Shown here: positions 25,010-33,252 of the stretch, in pieces
Layout of the letters: each line of letters opens with the position of its first letter
Position numbering within the stretch: the stretch's first letter is position 1
Assembly (NCBI GenBank): GCA_000383715.1
Contig: KB911862.1
Location: 27,132 to 91,131, forward strand
Length of the DNA stretch: 64,000 bases
Direction of reading: 5' to 3'
Source of the DNA: Verrucomicrobia bacterium SCGC AAA164-E04
GTDB taxonomy: Bacteria; Verrucomicrobiota; Verrucomicrobiia; Limisphaerales; AAA164-E04
Position numbers and translations under genes: made by a program
Notes under the pieces: model-generated
Seen by the model: the letters and a program-made list of their open reading frames with translations, nothing else
Told to the model about the DNA's origin: nothing
The model's database searches: none

Positions 25010-26143
25010 ATGAGAATGAACAAGAGTTCTTACATGCTGGCTTTCCATACCTTATGCATTTGTGTATTCGGATGGGCTTTATGTGGATGCGGCCCCAATG
25101 GGCATAACGACAAAACCGGTAGTGGCCATGCGGCCGATCGGCATGCGGATAGTGAGCTTCCCTGCGTCATTGTTTCGACAACCGATTTGAAAGGCATCGT
25201 GGAAGCCATCAGTGGCGACAAAATTGAACTTCACAGCTTTGGTAAAGGGAACCAGGATCCCCATGACCTAGATATTCTTCCCAGTTATGTCCGTGAAATG
25301 AACGATGCGGATCTATGGGTTCAGGTAGGAAACGGCATTGAAGCAGCCTGGTATCCTAACTTGATCCGAAATGCTAATAATCCAGATATCATCGACGGAG
25401 CTGAAGGTTTCATGGACGTATCTCAAGGAGTGACTCCACTGGAAGGCATCGTTGGCGACATACTGGGCGCGGGGCACAACAGTGGTGTGCATGAGGCAGG
25501 TAACCCGCATTACCTGCTTGATCCTATCGAAGGGATACGGGTCGCCGAATTAGTGACACGGAGATTGTCCAAGATGCTTCCTGATCTGGCAGTCGAGTTT
25601 GCAGAGAATTTAGATAAGTTTCGTGACCCATTAGCCAAGGCCCTCATGGGTGAAGCTCTGGCTGAGCGGCATGATGTTGTCCAGATTGCTGATATGTACA
25701 TGGCAGGCACCCTGGACTCTTTTCTTGAACAGCAGGGGCATGGTTTGGCTTTGCAAGGCTGGTTAGGCGAGCTCAAGGAATACCGAGGCACAGTCATTGT
25801 TGGGGACCACGATCTCTGGCCTTATTTTTCCCGAAGGATTGGCCTGAGTGTTTTAGGGTATTTTGAGCCAGAACCAGGGATTCCTCCGACTACCAAACAT
25901 CTTCAAGCACTCATCGCCCAGATGAAGGCACAGTCAGTGCAGATCATTCTCTCCGCTCCTTACTTTGACAAACGACATGCAACATTTGTTTCCGAGAATA
26001 CTGGGGCTGTTGTTTTGCCCATGTGTCATCAAACTCAAGCGCGACCGGCTACTGAAACTTATTTCGATATGGTTCGACATAATATGGAAACCATCATCCA
26101 AGGGCTGAAACAAACGCAATCACCAGCTCCAGCCGCACAATAA
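25010..26143 (+). CDS. ZnuA/TroA-type (cluster A-I) metal ABC substrate-binding lipoprotein
   Basis: 377 aa. Lipobox-like GWALCGC is followed by the His/Asp-rich GHNDKTGSGHAADRHAD. Metal-site blocks NQDPHDLD, GNPHYLLDP and GDHDLWPYF (His at the third ligand position, as in Zn/TroA-type proteins), plus SAPYFDKRH. Confidence 0.85.
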   Translation: MRMNKSSYMLAFHTLCICVFGWALCGCGPNGHNDKTGSGHAADRHADSELPCVIVSTTDLKGIVEAISGDKIELHSFGKGNQDPHDLDILPSYVREMNDADLWVQVGNGIEAAWYPNLIRNANNPDIIDGAEGFMDVSQGVTPLEGIVGDILGAGHNSGVHEAGNPHYLLDPIEGIRVAELVTRRLSKMLPDLAVEFAENLDKFRDPLAKALMGEALAERHDVVQIADMYMAGTLDSFLEQQGHGLALQGWLGELKEYRGTVIVGDHDLWPYFSRRIGLSVLGYFEPEPGIPPTTKHLQALIAQMKAQSVQIILSAPYFDKRHATFVSENTGAVVLPMCHQTQARPATETYFDMVRHNMETIIQGLKQTQSPAPAAQ

Positions 26144-26148
26144 ACCGT

Positions 26149-27021
26149 ATGAAAGAGGATATGCGAAAACAGCTGGGTCTTGATGAAAGGTCCGTTGGTA
26201 TTCCAGTAAAAAAAATGGTTCCCCCTTCAGAAGGGACAAGCGTACAACAGAAAAGTGACCCCATTGTCCTCGTAGAAAATGGCGGGTTCGCCTATGGCCG
26301 GAACTCGATCCTGGAGTCGGTGGAAATGAAGATCAAGGATGGTGAATTCTGGTGTTTTATTGGGCCCAACGGGGAAGGGAAAACAACTTTCATCAAGGCT
26401 TTGTTGGGCGCACTCAGACCAAAACGTGGTTTGATACGCTTGCGTGCAGATTTCGCAAGAAGGACCCGTATAGGTTTTGTACCTCAAAGTTGTGACTTGA
26501 ACCCTAGTGTTCCGACCACGATCGAATCTTTTGTGAAACAAGGCACGGCAGGTTTGAACGTCGAGCGAACAAAATTAAACCATCGAGTGCGGCGAGCGCT
26601 TGAAGTGATGGGAATCCAGTTCATTCGTGAACGAAGCATCTGGCGTGTTTCCGGAGGGCAACGACAGCGAGCCATGGTCGCACGGGCGCTGGTCAGAGAC
26701 CCCCTGATGATGATTGTCGATGAGCCTACTGCTGGATTGGATCTTGCTGCCTCTTCGGGGCTTTTGAAAACCATCACGGAGCTCAATCAAAAGCACAAGA
26801 TTACGGTTATTTTTGTGACGCATGATTTACAGCTGGCAGGAAGGTATGCGTCTCATGTCGCCATCTTTAAAAACAAGCGTGTAATCAATGGCCCGATTGG
26901 TGAAATATTGACCGGTAAGAATTTAGAAAAAGCTTTTGGTGTCCCCACTGAGGTCAAGCAAACATCTTCGGGTGAATATACAGTGCGCTCAAAAGTTGAA
27001 TTTCAGGAGGCCTCCGTATGA
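26149..27021 (+). CDS. Metal ABC transporter ATP-binding protein (ZnuC/TroB-like)
   Basis: 290 aa. Walker A GPNGEGKTT, signature VSGGQRQR, Walker B MMIVDEPTAGLD. The start lies 5 nt after the binding-protein stop. Confidence 0.85.
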   Translation: MKEDMRKQLGLDERSVGIPVKKMVPPSEGTSVQQKSDPIVLVENGGFAYGRNSILESVEMKIKDGEFWCFIGPNGEGKTTFIKALLGALRPKRGLIRLRADFARRTRIGFVPQSCDLNPSVPTTIESFVKQGTAGLNVERTKLNHRVRRALEVMGIQFIRERSIWRVSGGQRQRAMVARALVRDPLMMIVDEPTAGLDLAASSGLLKTITELNQKHKITVIFVTHDLQLAGRYASHVAIFKNKRVINGPIGEILTGKNLEKAFGVPTEVKQTSSGEYTVRSKVEFQEASV

Positions 27022-27851
27022 TAGCTGAATTTATTGAGTCATGGCCTCTTTTTTACCGTACTTATCTGAGTGCCATCATGATTGGCCTTTCTCTCTCCCT
27101 TCTGGGTGTTGTGGTTGTCGCTCGTGGGAATGTTTTCGTGGCTGCAGCCATCTCTCAGGCTTCCTTGCTTGGAGTGGCGCTGAGTATGTTCTTTCGTCTG
27201 GGGCAACCTGTGTTAGCGGCCGTTTTATGCTCTGTGGGTGCTTCTCTGCTGGTTGCACGGAAACATTCGGCCGGGGGGAGTTCAAGCAGTGAGGAATTGA
27301 CCGGATGGCTGTTTCTCATCAGTGGGAGTCTGTCCGTGTTGCTACTTGCCAAAATGCCATTTGGATTAAAGGAAATACAGTCTCTTTTTTCTTCCAGTAT
27401 TATCGGAGCAAATTCGCTCGATATCGGAGTATTTGCCTCACTGCTGGTGATTTTTATCTTATTTCTGCTCACACGCATGCGCCGGCTCACATTGTTTCTC
27501 TCTGATCCTGTCATGGCTGCCGCTGTCGGTGCCAACATCATGATATGGTCGGTGACCCTTTCAATTTCTTTGGGATTGGCGACTGGCTTGGCCATTCGCT
27601 CTTCGGGGATGCTCTTTACTTTTGGGTGCTTGATTCTTCCGGCTCAAATGGCAAAGCACATATGCCGTGACATCTCACCGATGTTCATGGCGGCTCCCAT
27701 CATGGCCATCGTTAGCATTCTCTCTGGATTGGTGCTTGGAAATTATTTTGATCTTCCTCCGGCTCAAACCATCATTGCCTTGATGTCATTCATGTTGCTC
27801 CTGACATGGTCCTATCGTTGGACAAGAGATTCCTTTTTTGTCACTTCATAG
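27018..27851 (+). CDS. Metal ABC transporter permease (ABC-3 family, ZnuB/TroC-like)
   Basis: 277 aa with about 8 hydrophobic helices. The start overlaps the ATPase stop (ATGA at 27018-27021). Confidence 0.85.
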   Translation: MIAEFIESWPLFYRTYLSAIMIGLSLSLLGVVVVARGNVFVAAAISQASLLGVALSMFFRLGQPVLAAVLCSVGASLLVARKHSAGGSSSSEELTGWLFLISGSLSVLLLAKMPFGLKEIQSLFSSSIIGANSLDIGVFASLLVIFILFLLTRMRRLTLFLSDPVMAAAVGANIMIWSVTLSISLGLATGLAIRSSGMLFTFGCLILPAQMAKHICRDISPMFMAAPIMAIVSILSGLVLGNYFDLPPAQTIIALMSFMLLLTWSYRWTRDSFFVTS

Positions 27852-27873
27852 AAAATAGGGTTCTTTCAAAACT

Positions 27874-30441
27874 GTGACTATGCTGAGTCAACGAAAACAA
27901 TTTCAGATAGCGTGTATCCTCGTCGTACTCAGCGGGGCTGCCTCACTATCACATCAATTGCTCTGGACCAACCGGATGACGGATCTTCTGGGTGCCAGTG
28001 CGGCCTCGGTTGCGCGCGTTTTTGGTTGTTTTTTTCTTGGCCTCTCTGTCGGAGCGGGACTGATGGGATGGAAAATATCCAGTGTGAAGCATCCCTGGCG
28101 TTGGCTCGCGTGTGCAGAATTTGCAGTTGCACTGATGTGCTTGCCCATTTTGTGGCTGTCCTATTGGACTGATTGGATCTGGCCATGGTTGGGGCTGGAC
28201 GGATTGCTGGGCTGGCAAGGCGCCTGGATTAAATGGATATTGTCCATGGGTGTTGTGTTTTTTCCTGCAATGGCCATGGGGACGACATTGCCGATTGTCA
28301 TCAAAGGGGTACGTTCGGCATCCGCTTTGAAAGGTCACTTTAGCGTCTGGCTTTATGCTTTGAATACTTTGGGCGGACTATTGGGGCTGGGAATTACCGG
28401 TTGTCTGACCTTGTATGCGTTCGGTATCAGCGGAGCCATGATGCTGGCCATCGGTACGAATATCTGTGTTGGCATGATTGCCCTTTGGGTGGATAGAAAA
28501 TCAAAAATCATTGATCATCATATTCGACGTGATCTGGTTCCTGATGGTGGTGTGCTGACAACGTTAGGTCAAATTGGCTGGAAAGCATCAAGCACTGCTT
28601 TTGCTTCGGGATTCCTGATACTTGCACTCGAGATTCTGGCCATGGATCTTGTGATGCTGATCGCGCCTTTGTCTTTTCATGCACCACTGGCTGTTTTGGG
28701 TGCGTTTATATTCACATTGGCGCTTTCTGCCTCTTGCATTCCTCTTCTTGGAACTAAATGGCGTCGCAGCAGTCAATGGATCATGCTACTGCTGGCTGCT
28801 GCTGGTATTTTAGCTGCCGCGGGACCCTACTGGTTTGTCCAGTCGGCTATGAACACTGAGGGAGTTCTGCCGGCCGATAGTCTTATTGGTTTTACGCGTT
28901 CGCTCGTGTTTACAGTTTTATTATCATTTGGACCGTGCATTCTGTTGGGTGGATTCATTTTTCCAAGCCTTCTGGGGATGATCCCTGATAAATGCGAAAA
29001 GAGTAATGCTGTTGGATTTCTTTTGGCTTTCAATGGTTTGGGAGGGCTTTTGGGAGCAGAATTTACCTATGGTTTATTGATGCCAATGCTGGGTGTATAC
29101 CTTGGGATAGGGGGTGTTGCTGTGATATATGTGCTGATGGCTTTTCTCTGGGTGCAGTGGAATTCAAAGAGAAAGCCTGTTTTCGCAAACCTTGCTGTTT
29201 TTGGCGCTCTGCTGATCACGGCAGCATCCTTTTTTTGGTTAAGACAATTGCCGGTCGTGAATCCGAACATGGGACTCAAAATCCTTGAGTTAGATTCTGG
29301 ACGTGAGGGCAACCTGGCTGTTGTTGAGCATGAAAATTTTGGACGTGGATTACTTTTTTCCAATCAGTATCTGCTCGGCAGTACCAACGTTCGCTATGAT
29401 CAGGAGCGCCAAGCTCATATCCCATTGATGCTTCATGGAGAACCCAAGCATGTCTGCTTTGTAGGGTTGGCCACTGGTATCACTCCTTCCGCAGCATTAC
29501 AGCATTCAATGGTCGAAAAAATTGACGTGGTGGAGCTATCCTCGATGGTCACCCGTGCTGCAGGTACTCATTTTACAGATTTTAACGCTCATATCATTCA
29601 AGATCCTCGCGCCCATATCTACGTGGAAGATGGTCGCACTTTTATTGCGTCTCAGCGCGATCAATATGATGTGATTGTCAGTGATCTGTTTCTGCCCTGG
29701 CGCCCTGGTGTAGGCCGACTCTACAGCGCCGAGCACTTTCAATCGACGCGGAACGCCTTGCGCTCAGGGGGGCTTTACTGTCATTGGTTGCCCCTTTATC
29801 AGTTTACCAAAGAGCAGCTGGATTTGGTCTTGAGAACCTTCCAGAGCGTTTACCCCAAGGTATATTTATTTGAGGGAAAGCTGCAACTGGACGCCCCTGT
29901 CCTTGGTCTGGTTGGGTTCAAGAGCGGAGATCTTAAATGGGAAGAGCTTCAGGATGCCTGTCGCCGTGAGCGTCTGGCCGGCAATATCAAAGATCCGACA
30001 GTGAGATGGTTGCAGGGACTCGCGATGTTGTTTCGTGGAACGATCGATTCCGATGTTCAGTACGAGAACATCAATACGCTTGATAACATGCAACTTGAGC
30101 TTCAGGCCGGGCTTGACCGAATGATCGATCCTGAAGGGAGCAAATATCTGACAGGTATCAGCTGGTTGTCCCTTGCTCAAAATTATCTTCAAAAGAATGC
30201 TCGGAGGGGTTACCCAAACACTATTCAGGATTATCCCTTGAAAGGCATGAAAATAAGTGTGCTGACCGAAAGAATCAAACAAGGTGGCGAAACAAAAAAC
30301 TCAAGCCTTCGAGAAATTTTTTCCCAAATGCCTGAGGCCATGCTTAAAGACCAATACTCTGACTGGAAGCGTTGGGCTGGTGCTGAGATAAGTGTGAGAT
30401 GGAAACCCAAAAGTGATAAACTGAATGCACCACAGTTATGA
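27874..30441 (+). CDS. Fused polytopic membrane (MFS-like) / spermidine-synthase-like protein
   Basis: 855 aa. About 12 TM helices lie in the first ~470 aa (SGAASLSHQLLWTNRMTDLLGAS...). An aminopropyltransferase-like fold follows: VCFVGLATGITPSAAL (nucleotide-binding loop), VVELS and DVIVSDLFLPWRPGVGRLYSAEHF. A further ~250-aa C-terminal extension is of unknown type. GTG start at 27874, or ATG at 27880. Confidence 0.8.
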   Translation: MTMLSQRKQFQIACILVVLSGAASLSHQLLWTNRMTDLLGASAASVARVFGCFFLGLSVGAGLMGWKISSVKHPWRWLACAEFAVALMCLPILWLSYWTDWIWPWLGLDGLLGWQGAWIKWILSMGVVFFPAMAMGTTLPIVIKGVRSASALKGHFSVWLYALNTLGGLLGLGITGCLTLYAFGISGAMMLAIGTNICVGMIALWVDRKSKIIDHHIRRDLVPDGGVLTTLGQIGWKASSTAFASGFLILALEILAMDLVMLIAPLSFHAPLAVLGAFIFTLALSASCIPLLGTKWRRSSQWIMLLLAAAGILAAAGPYWFVQSAMNTEGVLPADSLIGFTRSLVFTVLLSFGPCILLGGFIFPSLLGMIPDKCEKSNAVGFLLAFNGLGGLLGAEFTYGLLMPMLGVYLGIGGVAVIYVLMAFLWVQWNSKRKPVFANLAVFGALLITAASFFWLRQLPVVNPNMGLKILELDSGREGNLAVVEHENFGRGLLFSNQYLLGSTNVRYDQERQAHIPLMLHGEPKHVCFVGLATGITPSAALQHSMVEKIDVVELSSMVTRAAGTHFTDFNAHIIQDPRAHIYVEDGRTFIASQRDQYDVIVSDLFLPWRPGVGRLYSAEHFQSTRNALRSGGLYCHWLPLYQFTKEQLDLVLRTFQSVYPKVYLFEGKLQLDAPVLGLVGFKSGDLKWEELQDACRRERLAGNIKDPTVRWLQGLAMLFRGTIDSDVQYENINTLDNMQLELQAGLDRMIDPEGSKYLTGISWLSLAQNYLQKNARRGYPNTIQDYPLKGMKISVLTERIKQGGETKNSSLREIFSQMPEAMLKDQYSDWKRWAGAEISVRWKPKSDKLNAPQL

Positions 30442-30469
30442 TGTCAGCTAACGTTTAATGATTTAGACA

Positions 30470-31453
30470 ATGATGAATAAAGAATATTTATCGACCATCT
30501 TTGAGCACGACCATTCGTTTGGCCAGGATAAGAAGAAGCCCGGCGAGTTGAAGACCATTCTTGTGATCGTGATCACCTTTACAATGATGATCGTGGAAAT
30601 AACAGCGGGTCTGGCTTTTGGATCCATGGCGCTGCTCGCCGATGGTTTGCACATGGCTTCTCATGCAGCTGCACTTGGTGTTTCAGCCATCGCATACGTA
30701 TTTGCACGAAAGTACGCACACGATCCGACCTACAGTTTTGGTACCGGAAAAGTCAATGTGCTGGGAGGTTTTACGGGAGCCGTTCTCTTATTGGTTTTTG
30801 CCCTGATCATGGTGAGTGAAAGTATCCATCGATTGGTCTCACCTGTGGAGATTGTTTTCAATCAGGCAATCACAGTAGCAGTGATTGGACTCATCGTGAA
30901 TGGTTTATCGATGCTCATCCTCGGTCATGACGATCACCACCACCATTCTCACGATCATGAAGACGATCACCACCACCATTCTCACGATCACAACCTGAAA
31001 GCAGCCTATCTCCATGTACTGGCGGATACGCTTACATCCTTACTTGCGATTTTTGCCTTACTGGCTGCCAAATATTTTGGATGGGTCCGAATGGATCCGC
31101 TGATGGGAGTCGTAGGGGCAATCGTTATTTCCAAATGGTCCTTCGGTTTGTTATCGCAAACCGGTTCCTCCCTCCTGGATCGGCAAGCTTCAGCTCGGAC
31201 CAAGGAGGGGATCATTGGCAGGATTGAGGGTGCGCAATCTGAGACTTATGTCTTTGACCTGCATGTATGGTCTATCGGTCCAGGGATCTTTGCAGCCTCT
31301 TTCATTGTGGTTTCAGATCAACTAAAAGCACCTCATTTTTATAAAGATCTCCTCAAGGATATGGGGCAAATCGTGCACATAACCGTCGAAACACATCTGC
31401 TTGATCCGGAGGAATTGTATGATCACTCAATAAGGACTCAAGCCCAGGCATAG
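30470..31453 (+). CDS. Cation diffusion facilitator (CzcD/ZitB-like) divalent-metal efflux transporter with a His-rich loop
   Basis: 327 aa. CDF blocks LADGLHMASHAAALG and YLHVLADTLTSL, six TM helices, and the loop GHDDHHHHSHDHEDDHHHHSHDHN. Confidence 0.9.
   Translation: MMNKEYLSTIFEHDHSFGQDKKKPGELKTILVIVITFTMMIVEITAGLAFGSMALLADGLHMASHAAALGVSAIAYVFARKYAHDPTYSFGTGKVNVLGGFTGAVLLLVFALIMVSESIHRLVSPVEIVFNQAITVAVIGLIVNGLSMLILGHDDHHHHSHDHEDDHHHHSHDHNLKAAYLHVLADTLTSLLAIFALLAAKYFGWVRMDPLMGVVGAIVISKWSFGLLSQTGSSLLDRQASARTKEGIIGRIEGAQSETYVFDLHVWSIGPGIFAASFIVVSDQLKAPHFYKDLLKDMGQIVHITVETHLLDPEELYDHSIRTQAQA
30931..30990 (+). repeat. In-frame 33-nt tandem duplication inside the CDF His-rich loop
   Basis: cgatcaccaccaccattctcacgatca occurs at 30931-30957 and again at 30964-30990 (27/27 identical, period 33 nt). 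It encodes DDHHHHSHDH twice. Confidence 0.9.
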
Positions 31454-31576
31454 GTTAGTCTTGGAGCTCTCTTTTTAGCGGTAACTTAATCATTTTTGTA
31501 TTACCTTCACTTGAGGTAATTCGGCCCATGTTCGCATGTTAGGCTTTAAATGACCTTTTATTCCGTCCGTCAAAAA

Positions 31577-32124
31577 CTAATGATTTTTATCTGAATTGAT
31601 CGACACGTGCTTGTCTTGATCAGGTGCTTGCTTTGTCCATTGGCCATCGGGTCTGAATACGCCAGAGGCTGCTGAACATGGTAATGCATGGGGAACGGAT
31701 AGTCGGCACCAATAACCCATAATCAGCCGACTGCGGCCCGCGCCCTCATGTTCATACACTAGCAAGCCCAATGGACTTCTTCTTCCGCTCGGCGCCCTCC
31801 ATTGATGGGGATAAAAATGATCTGTGCACCTTTTTCTGCAAGTTACCGACTCAAGTGGAGATCAGGCATCGGGGTATATTGCTGATTCCCCCATATTTCG
31901 TTACAGGTGGGTCCACTCACTCGAATCCCCTTGATTTCAAAGGTGCTAAGAAGGGGGATTGCATAGTCGTTGATTTCTCTTTGAAGGGTTTGGGGAAACT
32001 CCCGCCAAATAAGGGCTCTGAGTGTAAATCCTGAAACTTGCCTGATGAATCGTAAAAGCCAATCTGGTTTTAGTGCTTTTGATCGTCCGATTCGGTGTGA
32101 CAGGTAACTAAGGTAAGGGCGATA
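31577..32124 (-). pseudogene. Decayed carbon-nitrogen hydrolase (nitrilase-superfamily) gene
   Basis: One minus-strand frame reads ...FEIKGIRVSGPTCNEIWGNQ...SR*LAEKGAQIIFIPINGG...VHWAC*CMNMRARAAVG*LWVIGAD. In-frame stops are TAA (31843-31845), TAG (31759-31761) and TGA (31723-31725). The last block (SAASGVFRPDGQWTKQAPDQDKHVSINSD) is in a different frame. The N-terminal part is missing. Confidence 0.5.
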
Positions 32125-32229
32125 TTAGATCGATTGGCTTGCTCGACAATGTTTGCCAATGCGCTGCTAACTTTTGTCTGATCGGATTTAGGAACTTGAT
32201 CCCTGCCTTTTAATGTTCAAGATGAACAC

Positions 32230-33045
32230 ATGTTACCCGCTGAATTGCATAAGCGACTGCACTCAAATGGGACAGTCTTTGGTTCTTTGATCGTTTCTCC
32301 CTCACCGCGCTGGCCAGATGTTGTTAAAACCTGTGGCCTTGATTTTGTATTCATCGACACAGAACATATTGCGCTGGATCGAGAAAAATTGAGTTGGATG
32401 TGCCAGACATACATGTCGCTGGGGCTGCCTCCTTTGGTGCGCATTCCATCACCAGATCCCGATGTCGCTACCACGGTGTTGGATGGTGGTGCTGCTGGAG
32501 TGATCGCTCCCTATGTTGAATCTGTCGCTCAGGTCAATGCCTTGCGTGGCGCCGTCAAGCTTCGACCCATCAAGGGTGAAAAACTCAAGGGAATACTGGC
32601 AGGTGAAGCTGTTGAACCAATATTGGAGGATTATATCAACAAAAGGGCAGCGGATTGTTTGTTCATTGTGAATATCGAAAGTGTTCCGGGGATCAATGCA
32701 CTTGATGATATACTGGCCATTCCCGATTTGGATGGCGTGCTGATTGGGCCGCATGACCTTTCCTGCAATCTCGGTATCCCAGAGCAATACGATCATCCAG
32801 ACTTCTTGGAAGCCTGCAAAACAATTTTCCATAAAGCCCGTGAAGCTAACGTCGGAGCAGGTATTCACTTCTGGGGGAATGTGTCTCAACAGGTCCGGTT
32901 TCTCGAAATGGGGGCGAACTTCCTTATTCACAGTGCTGACATACTGCTCTTTCAAAAGCATTTGTCCGCGGACCTGAGTGCCATTCGCAAAACCGCAGGA
33001 ATCAAAGTCGACACACTTGATGAAGGTAAGGTGGATTCCATATAA
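32230..33045 (+). CDS. HpcH/HpaI-family aldolase (2-keto-3-deoxy-acid aldolase type)
   Basis: 271 aa. GLDFVFIDTEHIALD, VRIPSPD, APYVESVAQV and LIGPHDLSCNLG are typical of the HpcH/HpaI aldolase/citrate-lyase fold. Confidence 0.85.
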   Translation: MLPAELHKRLHSNGTVFGSLIVSPSPRWPDVVKTCGLDFVFIDTEHIALDREKLSWMCQTYMSLGLPPLVRIPSPDPDVATTVLDGGAAGVIAPYVESVAQVNALRGAVKLRPIKGEKLKGILAGEAVEPILEDYINKRAADCLFIVNIESVPGINALDDILAIPDLDGVLIGPHDLSCNLGIPEQYDHPDFLEACKTIFHKAREANVGAGIHFWGNVSQQVRFLEMGANFLIHSADILLFQKHLSADLSAIRKTAGIKVDTLDEGKVDSI

Positions 33046-33252
33046 TTCTATAGCTGATCGTTCCGCGAAAAGATATGAGGGTGCTTTTTGTATCCTCTTA
33101 AAATGAATCTTTGTTCCTGAAATGATTTAGTTTGCTATAGCATGACAGGAAAAAATGACTCTTTAAAAGGCAGCTGGAAAGCTGGGAATGGGATCTGTGG
33201 AGAGGAGTGAACCTTTTGCATCAGCGGCCTAATTAGGCTTTCATGGCATGCT

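Noticed and set aside
31771-32034. 87-aa plus-strand ORF
   Set aside because: It lies antisense to the nitrilase-superfamily relic. The opposite strand shows recognisable, though interrupted, family blocks and this frame shows none.
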